From: a virus
DNA length: 64,000 bases
Direction: 5' to 3' (one strand)
Virus record (IMG/VR): IMGVR_UViG_3300025889_000073
Coordinates: 107,729-171,728 of that record
Shown: piece after piece, positions 32,002 through 40,672 of the stretch
Layout of the letters: each line of letters starts with the position of its first letter
Numbering within the stretch: position 1 is the stretch's first letter
Notes under the pieces: generated by a model
The model's input: only the letters and a program-made list of their open reading frames with translations
What the model was told of the DNA's origin: nothing
Database searches by the model: none
Translations under genes and position numbers: made by a program

Positions 32002-32435
32002 CATTCTTAGATTGTATTTTAGAGAACAAACTAAGTGAGGCAAAAGATAAAATTATCGAGCGTCTAAATAATATTGCGGCAAAAAAATTAGAAGAAGCAA
32101 AAAAATATATTGCTTCTGATATGTATGAAGAAGTTGAGATAGATGAGGCTGCAAACCGCAACATTATTAAGATGGGTAGAATCAGTAAGATTCGCCGTAG
32201 GATTCGAAGAAATGCAAAAGGTCGTATTGTTGTTCAAAAGAATCGCAGACGGTCAGGTATTAAAGGATATAGAATTTCAGGTAATACAGTAAAACGTATT
32301 CCTGCCACAGAAAGATTAAGAAAGGCACGTTTATTAAAACGGTCATGGAAAACAACTAGAAGAGCTAAATTGCGCCGGTCATTGTTAAAAAGGAAGATGT
32401 CAATGCGTAGGCGCTCATCAATGGGACTAAGATAA
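31998..32435 (+). CDS. prohead core protein gp68-like, with Arg/Lys-rich C-terminus
   Basis: Acidic N-terminus followed by a highly basic ...KRKMSMRRRSSMGL tail; synteny. Confidence 0.7.
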   Translation: MTFLDCILENKLSEAKDKIIERLNNIAAKKLEEAKKYIASDMYEEVEIDEAANRNIIKMGRISKIRRRIRRNAKGRIVVQKNRRRSGIKGYRISGNTVKRIPATERLRKARLLKRSWKTTRRAKLRRSLLKRKMSMRRRSSMGLR

Positions 32436-32436
32436 A

Positions 32437-32802
32437 ATGGCATATGAAATTATAAACAACAAAAGAAGTAAATCGGTAATTCGAGTTACTGGTACTGGCG
32501 ATACTGCAATAAATTTATTAATGTTAGCCGCTGATAATACAGAAACCATTCAATCAGCCTCAATTACAAGTGTACTGAGTTCTTCAAACGGAATTTGGTC
32601 TGTTTATCGTGGTGATGATAATACTGGTGTTTTAATTTTAGAATTGCCAGATGCTGTTGATTGGCCATTAACAACTCATGATATATCATTGGGTAATACA
32701 TCAACAGCAAATGTTTTCATTAATAATAGTGGCGCAAACGGAACTTTAATTTTAACTGTGAGTAAACAAGCTACTTACAACCCGCCGCAGACAGGAATGT
32801 AA
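32437..32802 (+). CDS. hypothetical head-region protein
   Basis: Intact ORF between the gp68-like gene and gp21. Confidence 0.5.
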   Translation: MAYEIINNKRSKSVIRVTGTGDTAINLLMLAADNTETIQSASITSVLSSSNGIWSVYRGDDNTGVLILELPDAVDWPLTTHDISLGNTSTANVFINNSGANGTLILTVSKQATYNPPQTGM

Positions 32803-32803
32803 A

Positions 32804-33454
32804 ATGAAACTCATTAGAGAAACAGTAGAAGAAGTAAAGTACCTAACAGAAACCACCGAAAAAGGTGGTAAAAAGCTTTATATTGAAGGTACTTTTCTTG
32901 TTGGTGATACAGTCAACAAAAACAATCGAATGTATAAAATGAATACTCTCAGAACTGAGGTTGAGAGATATCAAGATGAATTCATTAAGACAAATCGTGC
33001 TCTTGGTGAATTAGGTCATCCGGATACACCCACAATCAACCTTGAAAGAGTTTCACACAAGATTGTTTCATTGAGTGAGGATGGCAATACTTTTTATGGT
33101 AAAGCTTTAATTCTTGATACACCTTATGGCAATATCGTCAAAAACTTTATTGACAATGATGTTAATTTAGGTGTTTCTTCAAGAGCTCTTGGCTCTTTGC
33201 AACAAACTAAAGAAGGTTATAACTTGGTTCAAGATGACCTTCGCCTTGCTACAGCAGCTGATATTGTTGCTGACCCCTCTGCCCCAGGCGCTTTCGTTAA
33301 TGGTATCATGGAGAATAAAGAGTGGATGTTCGTAGATGGTAAGTTTGTTGAATCGGACTTTGACCATGCAAAAAAACAAATTCGAACAGCTTCTAAACAA
33401 CAAATTGAAGAAGTTGCTCTAAAATTATTCGAAAATTACCTACGAAAACTTTAA
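32804..33454 (+). CDS. gp21: prohead protease gp21
   Basis: ALGELGHP, GVSSRALGS and DIVADPSAP.AFV. Confidence 0.97.
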   Translation: MKLIRETVEEVKYLTETTEKGGKKLYIEGTFLVGDTVNKNNRMYKMNTLRTEVERYQDEFIKTNRALGELGHPDTPTINLERVSHKIVSLSEDGNTFYGKALILDTPYGNIVKNFIDNDVNLGVSSRALGSLQQTKEGYNLVQDDLRLATAADIVADPSAPGAFVNGIMENKEWMFVDGKFVESDFDHAKKQIRTASKQQIEEVALKLFENYLRKL

Positions 33455-33457
33455 AAT

Positions 33458-33465
33458 TATAAATA
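33458..33465 (+). promoter_or_regulatory. late promoter TATAAATA upstream of gp22/gp23
   Basis: Exact T4 late consensus. Confidence 0.75.
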
Positions 33466-33487
33466 CAAAATAATAAGGAGAATCCTA

Positions 33488-34504
33488 ATGGCTCAAAATA
33501 AACTAATGGAAGCGGCTGCAGAAGTTCTTGCTGGTAGCAAAGCAAAAGCAGCATCTATGCCTCCGCAAAAATTAGATGGCGAAGTTGTAGACGTTGGTGG
33601 TCCTACACCACAAAATGCGAAACCCGATGATGATTCGCATAAAATGGATGTGACCAAAGCAGCGAAGAAAGCTACGGCACCGTCCACCAAACCCTCTGAT
33701 GCTTCCGCTAAAATGGAAGAAGTCGAAGAGCAAGAAGAAGTTATTGCTGAAGAAGAGCAAGTTGAGCAAGAAAAACTCGACTTATCTGAAGACATTGATG
33801 CTTTGTTTGCTGACGATAAAAACATTTCGGAAGAATTCAAATCTAAAGTCACAACTATTTTTGAAGCCCGAGTTACTGACCGTATTTCTCAAATCCAAGA
33901 ACAAATGGAAGAAAAATATGCTAGTCAATTAGAAGAATCGGTTGAAGAAATCAAAAAAGACCTTACAGAAAAGGTTGATGATTACCTCAACTATGTTGTT
34001 GAACAATGGATGTCGGAAAATGAAATTGCTATCGAATCTAGCCTCCGTTCTGAATTGACGGAAGAATTCATTACTGGCCTCCGTAATCTGTTCGCAGAAC
34101 ATTATATTGATGTACCTGCTGAAAAAGTTGACCTTGTTGATGAACTTGCTAGTAAAGTTGAAGAACTTGAAGGCAAACTCGATGAGGAAATTGAGCGAGG
34201 CATGAGTTTCGCTAAAGCTCTTGTTGAATCACGCAAGGGTGAAATTGTTAGAGATGTAACGGAAGGTCTTACAGACACTCAAGTTGAAAAAATCAAATCG
34301 CTTGCAGAGAGCGTTGAATTCTCCACAGAGGACGAATACAAAGAAAAACTTGAGACAATCCGTGAAAACTATTTCCCCACAAATGTGAAGAAAGCTGACG
34401 AGCAACAACTGCATGAGCAGGTAGAAGATGCTGAAGAACAAAAAGTCATTCATGACCCAATGGTTGCCGCAGTATCACAAGCTATTTCGAAAACTAAAAA
34501 ATAA
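33488..34504 (+). CDS. gp22: prohead scaffold protein gp22
   Basis: SEEFKSK..TIFEA, KVDDYLNYVVEQWM.EN..AIE and LF.EHYIDVP. Confidence 0.95.
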   Translation: MAQNKLMEAAAEVLAGSKAKAASMPPQKLDGEVVDVGGPTPQNAKPDDDSHKMDVTKAAKKATAPSTKPSDASAKMEEVEEQEEVIAEEEQVEQEKLDLSEDIDALFADDKNISEEFKSKVTTIFEARVTDRISQIQEQMEEKYASQLEESVEEIKKDLTEKVDDYLNYVVEQWMSENEIAIESSLRSELTEEFITGLRNLFAEHYIDVPAEKVDLVDELASKVEELEGKLDEEIERGMSFAKALVESRKGEIVRDVTEGLTDTQVEKIKSLAESVEFSTEDEYKEKLETIRENYFPTNVKKADEQQLHEQVEDAEEQKVIHDPMVAAVSQAISKTKK

Positions 34505-34526
34505 TAAAAACTAAGGAGACTTAAAA

Positions 34527-35837
34527 ATGTATTTGTCCGAATCTTTACAAAAGAAATGGGAAGGCGTTCTGGACCATCCAGACCTGGCTCCCATTAAAGA
34601 CCCCTATCGTAAGGCGGTTACCGCTGTTGTTTTGGAAAACCAAGCAACAGAAATGAGAAAAGCTGGCATGATTAATGAAGCTTCACCCACAAACTCGGCC
34701 GGTGACGGTGGTTTTACTGGTGGTGCTACAGCTACAGGTCCTGTTGCTGGTTTCGACCCTATCCTCATTTCGCTGGTTCGCCGTTCGTTGCCGAATCTGA
34801 TTGCGTATGATGTCTGCGGCGTTCAGCCGATGACAGGTCCTACCGGTCTGATTTTTGCAATGCGTTCTACCTATGGTACAGACCGTAGTGGTACTGAAGC
34901 CTTTTACAATGAGGCTAACACAGGCCATTCGGGTATTGGTGGCGCACAAGCTGCTCTTGGCGTTGGTGCTGCTGCATCGAACACCTTCTTGAGCAACGCT
35001 TCGGCTGTTGCTGGTTATTCCACTTCTGCTGGTGAGGACAATCCTTTCCGTGAGATGGGTTTCTCGATTGAGAAAGTTACCGTTACTGCAAATACCCGTG
35101 CTCTGAAGGCCGAGTATTCGATGGAACTTGCTCAAGACCTGAAAGCTGTTCATGGTCTGGATGCAGAAACAGAACTCAGCAACATTCTTTCTTCGGAAAT
35201 TCTTGCTGAAATCAACCGTGAAGTTATCCGTAACATTTATGGTACGGCTGTTACCGGTGCTCAAATCGGTACGACAACTGAAGGTACGTTTGACCTCGAC
35301 ACCGATTCGAACGGCCGTTGGATGGTTGAAAAAGTCAAAGGTCTGGCTTTCCAGATTGAGCGTGAAGCTAACGCTATCGCCAAAGAAACCCGTAGAGGGA
35401 AAGGTAACATCATGATTTGTTCGTCTGATGTTGCTTCTGCTCTCGCTATGGCAGGCATTCTCGACTACAATTCGGCTCTGGCTTCGAATGTTAACTTGAC
35501 CGTTGACGATACTGGCAATACTTTTGCTGGCACGTTGTTTGGTCGTGTTAAAGTTTACATTGACCCGTATTTCACTGCTACGAATTCTAACGAATTTGCT
35601 GTTGTTGGTTATAAGGGTAGCAATGCTTATGACTCTGGTCTGTTCTATTGCCCATACGTTCCTCTGCAAATGGTTCGTGCGGTTGATACGACAACCTTCC
35701 AGCCAAAAATTGGTTTCAAAACCCGTTACGGCATGGTTGCAAATCCTTTTGCACAAGGTACAGTCAAGGGTGAAGGCGCTCGTACAGTTCTTACGAACAA
35801 GTACTATCGTGCTTTCAAGGTTGCAAACTTGATGTAA
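34527..35837 (+). CDS. gp23: major capsid protein gp23
   Basis: LIAYDVCGVQPMTGPTGLIFAMR, RALKAEYS.ELAQDLKAVHGLDAE and FQPKIGFKTRYG. Confidence 0.99.
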   Translation: MYLSESLQKKWEGVLDHPDLAPIKDPYRKAVTAVVLENQATEMRKAGMINEASPTNSAGDGGFTGGATATGPVAGFDPILISLVRRSLPNLIAYDVCGVQPMTGPTGLIFAMRSTYGTDRSGTEAFYNEANTGHSGIGGAQAALGVGAAASNTFLSNASAVAGYSTSAGEDNPFREMGFSIEKVTVTANTRALKAEYSMELAQDLKAVHGLDAETELSNILSSEILAEINREVIRNIYGTAVTGAQIGTTTEGTFDLDTDSNGRWMVEKVKGLAFQIEREANAIAKETRRGKGNIMICSSDVASALAMAGILDYNSALASNVNLTVDDTGNTFAGTLFGRVKVYIDPYFTATNSNEFAVVGYKGSNAYDSGLFYCPYVPLQMVRAVDTTTFQPKIGFKTRYGMVANPFAQGTVKGEGARTVLTNKYYRAFKVANLM

Positions 35838-35878
35838 TCTTTACAGTCTCAATAATATATAACAATAAATGAGACTTT

Positions 35879-35909
35879 AAGACCCACCAGAAATGGTGGG
35901 TCTTTTTTT
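35879..35909 (+). terminator. Rho-independent terminator after gp23
   Basis: GACCCACCA-GAAA-TGGTGGGTC followed by a run of T. Confidence 0.9.
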
Positions 35910-35925
35910 ACGCCTAAATAATACT

Positions 35926-36465
35926 ATGTCAGCATTAACTAGAAACCCTACAAATCCAAATTTTCTACAAAGCAACAAATATCAGTTGAACTTTAGTAGA
36001 TTACCTAACTTGCAATACTTTTGCCAATCGGTAAGTGTGCCTGGCATTTCATTGTCAGAAGCTGTAATTAATACACCTTTTGTTGATTTATATTCTCCAG
36101 GTGAAAAAGCTATATACGATTTAATTAATGTGACATTTATGATTGATGAAGAAATGAAATCGTGGATTGAAGTACACGATTGGATTAGAGCAATGACTTT
36201 TCCTAAAGAATATGAAGAATATAAAAATTTGAAATCCATAAGTCAAATTTCTGCTATAAAAGCAAACAAATTTCCTCAATTTTCTGATGCAACTCTAACA
36301 GTATTATCATCTTCAAACAAACCATATTATTCATTTAAATTTCATAATATTTTTCCAACAACTTTATCCACTTTTGTTATGAGTACACAAGATAGTCCGG
36401 ACACTATTATGACTGCCGATGCAACATTTCGGTATGAATACTACGACATTGAAAAATTGTTTTAA
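35926..36465 (+). CDS. gp3: tail tube terminator/completion protein gp3
   Basis: NPNFLQ...YFCQSVSVPGISL, F.IDEEMKSW.EVHDW, FSDATL and F.FHNIFPTTLS. True start placed at 35926, after the terminator and CTAAATA (35914-35920). Confidence 0.88.
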   Translation: MSALTRNPTNPNFLQSNKYQLNFSRLPNLQYFCQSVSVPGISLSEAVINTPFVDLYSPGEKAIYDLINVTFMIDEEMKSWIEVHDWIRAMTFPKEYEEYKNLKSISQISAIKANKFPQFSDATLTVLSSSNKPYYSFKFHNIFPTTLSTFVMSTQDSPDTIMTADATFRYEYYDIEKLF

Positions 36466-36471
36466 AATAGC

Positions 36472-36500
36472 TTGACAAAAGGTTGCGAATAGTGTAACCT
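36472..36500 (+). promoter_or_regulatory. sigma70-type promoter upstream of uvsY
   Basis: TTGACA-17 nt-TAACCT. Confidence 0.55.
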
Positions 36501-36518
36501 AATGTTTGGAGGTATATT

Positions 36519-36950
36519 ATGAAAATTGATGAAGTGCTTGAGATGTGGTCCAAAGATGCCGAGGTTGATAGAACAGAACCAGGCAAAGAACTACTAAAAA
36601 TTCCCAAATTACACAGTAAGTATCTGAACATACTTTCCCAACATCGTTTACTCTCCAAACAGGCAGAGTTTAAATATAACACAATGAAAAAACTTAAATG
36701 GGAATATTACACAGGTAAGTTAGATGAGGATACATTAAGTAAGTATGGATGGGAACCATTTCCTTACACCCTCAAATCCGAAATGAATACATATTTAGAG
36801 AGTGATGAAGATATTAATAAATTTATGGCACAAAAAGTAATGTATGATGAAATTGTGGACATCTGTACTTCTATACTCAAAGAACTAAACAGTCGCACAT
36901 TCCAATTGCGTGACTTCATATCATGGGAAAAATTTATACAAGGTGTTTGA
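36519..36950 (+). CDS. uvsY: recombination mediator UvsY
   Basis: KIPKLHSKYL, WEYYTGK and C-terminal IxWEKF..G; precedes uvsW. Confidence 0.9.
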   Translation: MKIDEVLEMWSKDAEVDRTEPGKELLKIPKLHSKYLNILSQHRLLSKQAEFKYNTMKKLKWEYYTGKLDEDTLSKYGWEPFPYTLKSEMNTYLESDEDINKFMAQKVMYDEIVDICTSILKELNSRTFQLRDFISWEKFIQGV

Positions 36951-38412
36951 TTTAATAATTTCTAAACAAGATGAAGCTTTCATCAAAATTAATTGTGATA
37001 AAGGCATAGGCCAAGAACTTTCGCAATACTTTACCTTTTTCGTTCCTGGTTATCAGTTTATGCCTGCCTATAAAAATAGGTTATGGGACGGAAAAATAAG
37101 ATTATTCGACCAAAGAACAAATACCACATATCACGGCTTAATTACCTACATACAAAAATTTTGTGAAGAACGTGATTATCAATTATTAGTAGACCCAGAA
37201 ATAGAATTAAAACAAGAATTTTCTGGCCTAGAAGCCACAAACTTCATCAAAAAACTAAAATTACCACATGAGGTTCGTGAATATCAATTTAAAGCTTTCT
37301 TACAAGCAGTCAGAAACAAAAGACTTTTATTATTATCACCAACCGCTTCAGGTAAGTCTCTTATATTATATCTTATAGTGAGATATTTACAATCATCTAA
37401 ATTTCAAAAAGGTCTATTAATTGTTCCTACAACTTCGCTTGTTGAACAGATGTATAAAGATTTCGAGAGTTACGGTTATCAATCCGATAAATTTTGTCAC
37501 CGCCAATACTCAGGCAAAGAAAAACACACAAACAAGTTTCTTACCATCACAACATGGCAATCAATTTATAAAAACCCTAAGGAATATTTTGAACAGTTTA
37601 ACTTTGTTCTTGGTGATGAAGCACACCAGTTTAAAGCTAAATCGTTGACAACCATTCTTTCAGGTTGCACAAATGCGAAATATAGAATAGGTTGTACAGG
37701 TACATTAGATGGTACACAAACACATCGATTGGTACTAGAAGGTTTATTTGGTGCAGTCTATAAGGCAACAACAACATCGGAACTAATAGAAAACAAACAG
37801 TTGGCCGATTTTAATATTAAGTGCTTGATACTTAAATATAATGATGGAATATGTAAGATGGTTAAAAACTGGAAGTATCAGGAAGAAATAGACTACATAG
37901 TAAAGAATAAAGAAAGAAATGATTTTATAAAAAATTTAGTCTTGTCACTTAAAGGCAATACACTTATTCTATTTCAATTTGTAGAAAAACATGGCAAAGA
38001 CTTACACGCACTCATCAAAGAACACGCCGGTAAAAGACACGTTTTCTTTGTCTTTGGAGGAACAGATGTTGAAGTTAGGGAGTCGGTTCGTGCAATTACT
38101 GAAAAAGAACAAGACGCAATTATTGTGGCATCTTATGGCACTTTTAGTACTGGCGTTAACATTCGAAACTTACACAATATCGTCTTTGCCTCTCCTTCTA
38201 AATCTAGGATTCGGAATTTGCAGTCCATTGGTAGGGGTTTACGGATAGGTGATAACAAAGAGAAAGCTACATTATTTGATATTGCAGATGACTTCCGTAT
38301 AGGCAAATATGTTAATTATACCTTGAAACATTTCATAGAACGTGTTAAAATATACGATGAAGAAAAGTTCAACTATAAATTTTACAACATAGAGTTAAAA
38401 AATGGAAACTAA
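36943..38412 (+). CDS. uvsW: UvsW SF2 helicase
   Basis: WDGKIRLF, SPTASGKS, GDEAH, TGTLDG and QSIGRGLR. Probable GTG start at 36943. Confidence 0.95.
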   Translation: MFDLIISKQDEAFIKINCDKGIGQELSQYFTFFVPGYQFMPAYKNRLWDGKIRLFDQRTNTTYHGLITYIQKFCEERDYQLLVDPEIELKQEFSGLEATNFIKKLKLPHEVREYQFKAFLQAVRNKRLLLLSPTASGKSLILYLIVRYLQSSKFQKGLLIVPTTSLVEQMYKDFESYGYQSDKFCHRQYSGKEKHTNKFLTITTWQSIYKNPKEYFEQFNFVLGDEAHQFKAKSLTTILSGCTNAKYRIGCTGTLDGTQTHRLVLEGLFGAVYKATTTSELIENKQLADFNIKCLILKYNDGICKMVKNWKYQEEIDYIVKNKERNDFIKNLVLSLKGNTLILFQFVEKHGKDLHALIKEHAGKRHVFFVFGGTDVEVRESVRAITEKEQDAIIVASYGTFSTGVNIRNLHNIVFASPSKSRIRNLQSIGRGLRIGDNKEKATLFDIADDFRIGKYVNYTLKHFIERVKIYDEEKFNYKFYNIELKNGN

Positions 38413-38812
38413 TACTAACATAAAAATTGTAAGACTACAAAGTGGTGAAGATATCATTGCAAATTATTTTGTTGATGATGAAAACGGTACAATTATGTTA
38501 GACAATCCTATGCACATTATTTTTAAAAGAAATAATAATGGCCAAACAGTTATGATGATGATGCCTTGGTTGCCAATTGAAATAATTAAACAAAATCATG
38601 CTATCATTGACATGGCAGATATATTAACAATAATCGACCCTAAAGAAAATTTAATCACACATTACGGTAATACTGTAATAGAAATTATGGAAAAAATGTC
38701 AACAAAAGAAATGGAAGAAGAACTAGATGATGAAGATTACGATGATGAAAAACTCGACTTAGAAAACCTTATGGAAATAATGTATCAGAAAAGGAAATCT
38801 AATCTACATTAA
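38402..38812 (+). CDS. conserved hypothetical (Sm-like fold) protein between uvsW and gp55
   Basis: IKIVRLQSGEDIIA...PW motif; synteny. Confidence 0.7.
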   Translation: METNTNIKIVRLQSGEDIIANYFVDDENGTIMLDNPMHIIFKRNNNGQTVMMMMPWLPIEIIKQNHAIIDMADILTIIDPKENLITHYGNTVIEIMEKMSTKEMEEELDDEDYDDEKLDLENLMEIMYQKRKSNLH

Positions 38813-38890
38813 ATTTTTTATTTTCAAATGGGACACCGAGACTGTAACATCTTGTCAAGCCCTTTGTCAACACTTAAACAGGTAATAATT

Positions 38891-39424
38891 ATGGCTAAAT
38901 CAAATCATTATATCAACAATGCAGATTTTTTGACTGCTCTTATAGAGTATAAAAAGGCCTGTAAACAGGCAGAAAAAGATAGTTTGGAGGAACCAAATAT
39001 TCCGAATTATATCGGTGAATGTTTTTATAAAATTGCAGAACACCTTTCCCGTAAACCAAATTTTGTTTCTTATTCTTTCCGAGATGAAATGATTTCAGAC
39101 GGTATAGAAAATTGTCTAATGTACTTCCGTAATTTTAACCCGGATAAAAGTAAAAATCCATTTGCTTATTTTACTCAAATCATATATTATGCTTTTCTCC
39201 GCAGAATTATGAAAGAGAAGAAACAACTCTATGTGAAATACAAGGCAACAGAACAATACGGCATCATTGATGAATTTGAAATGTTTGAAGATGCTGAAGG
39301 TAATATTAGGCAATTCGAACTATATGAAAACATTTCGGAATTTATACAAAACTTTGAGGAAAATAAACGCAAGAAAAAAGAAGGTAAGGTAAAAGGTATT
39401 GAAAAATTTATTGGAGATATTTAA
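38891..39424 (+). CDS. gp55: late-transcription sigma factor gp55
   Basis: HYINNADF, YIGECF.KIA..LS.KPNF..Y and NPFAYFTQIIYYAFLRRI.KEKKQ. Confidence 0.97.
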   Translation: MAKSNHYINNADFLTALIEYKKACKQAEKDSLEEPNIPNYIGECFYKIAEHLSRKPNFVSYSFRDEMISDGIENCLMYFRNFNPDKSKNPFAYFTQIIYYAFLRRIMKEKKQLYVKYKATEQYGIIDEFEMFEDAEGNIRQFELYENISEFIQNFEENKRKKKEGKVKGIEKFIGDI

Positions 39425-39425
39425 T

Positions 39426-39602
39426 ATGCAAAAACAAAAAATTGAACATCACATTGAACGACTGAAAGAAAAACACAAAGACTTAGAGTTGGATTTAATG
39501 GAAGCTCACGCACAATGGAACGATACTCTTGCCGCACAAATTAAAAAAGAAAAGTTAAAATTAAAAGACGAAATTGAAAAACTTAAAACACAGATATCAT
39601 GA
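39426..39602 (+). CDS. DUF465/YdcH-like small coiled-coil protein
   Basis: L.EKH..L.....IKKEKLKLKDEI pattern. Confidence 0.65.
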   Translation: MQKQKIEHHIERLKEKHKDLELDLMEAHAQWNDTLAAQIKKEKLKLKDEIEKLKTQIS

Positions 39603-40672
39603 AAATATGTATACTTGGTGACACTCACTTCGGTGCTCGAGGGGATTCTTTAGACTTTCACAAATACTTCCAAAAATTTTACGATGATGTTTTGTTTCCT
39701 TATCTTTTGGAAAATAAAATTGATGTTGTCATGCAAATGGGAGATTTATTTGATAGGCGAAAGTTTGTCAACTTTAACTCACTTTATCTTTCCCGTAAAT
39801 ATTTCTTTGACAAACTACAAGAAAATAATATTCAATTGTATACTTTGGTCGGTAACCATGATGTTGCCTTTAAGAACACACTTGAGGTAAATTCACCATC
39901 GTTATTGTTGAACGAATACAAGAATATTTTCCTTGTAGAACAATTTTGGACGGAAGATTTTGATGGTGTCAAAATTGATATTGTGCCTTGGATTTGTGAT
40001 GAAAATCAAAAAGAAATTTTCGATAAAATGAAGGCATCCAAATCTCAAATTTGTTTTGGGCATTTTGAGATTGCGGGTTTTGAGATGGACAAAGGCAATA
40101 TTTGTGACCATGGGCTTGACAAAAAGGCCTTGGACAAGTATGATGTCGTATTGTCTGGACATTTTCATCATAAATCAACTGATGGTAATATTACTTATGT
40201 TGGTACTCCTTATGAAATGACATGGGCAGACTATAATGACCCGAAAGGTTTTCATATTTTTGATACCGACACCAGAGAATTGGAGTTCATAAAAAACCCA
40301 TTCACAATGTTCAATAAAATATTGTATGATGACAATGCTTCGGATTTTGAACAATGGAAAAATTATAACTATGCTGATAAAAAGAACACTTACGTCAAAG
40401 TTGTAGTTATAAACAAACAGAATCCTTTCTTGTTTGATTTTGTTATTGATAATTTGTACAAGGCAGGAATTTCCGACTTATCTATTGTGGAAGATTTTAA
40501 TGACTTGTATCTGATTGATGACCAAGACATTGTTGACCAGGCAGAAGATACTATGACCATCTTGTCTAAGTATATTGATAACTTAACACTTGATGTTGAA
40601 CCTGATAAATTGAAAACTTTGATGAGAGAACTTTATGTTGAAGCACTTAATGTTTCAGAAGTGGCTGAATGA
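39599..40672 (+). CDS. gp47: recombination endonuclease subunit gp47 (Mre11/SbcD-like)
   Basis: GDTHFG, GDLFDRRK, GNHD and SGHFH phosphoesterase motifs. Confidence 0.96.
   Translation: MKICILGDTHFGARGDSLDFHKYFQKFYDDVLFPYLLENKIDVVMQMGDLFDRRKFVNFNSLYLSRKYFFDKLQENNIQLYTLVGNHDVAFKNTLEVNSPSLLLNEYKNIFLVEQFWTEDFDGVKIDIVPWICDENQKEIFDKMKASKSQICFGHFEIAGFEMDKGNICDHGLDKKALDKYDVVLSGHFHHKSTDGNITYVGTPYEMTWADYNDPKGFHIFDTDTRELEFIKNPFTMFNKILYDDNASDFEQWKNYNYADKKNTYVKVVVINKQNPFLFDFVIDNLYKAGISDLSIVEDFNDLYLIDDQDIVDQAEDTMTILSKYIDNLTLDVEPDKLKTLMRELYVEALNVSEVAE

Noticed and set aside
34683-35756. 357-aa minus-strand ORF opposite gp23
   Set aside because: It is a shadow ORF expected from the biased codon usage of the capsid gene; there is no recognisable protein motif or expression signal.
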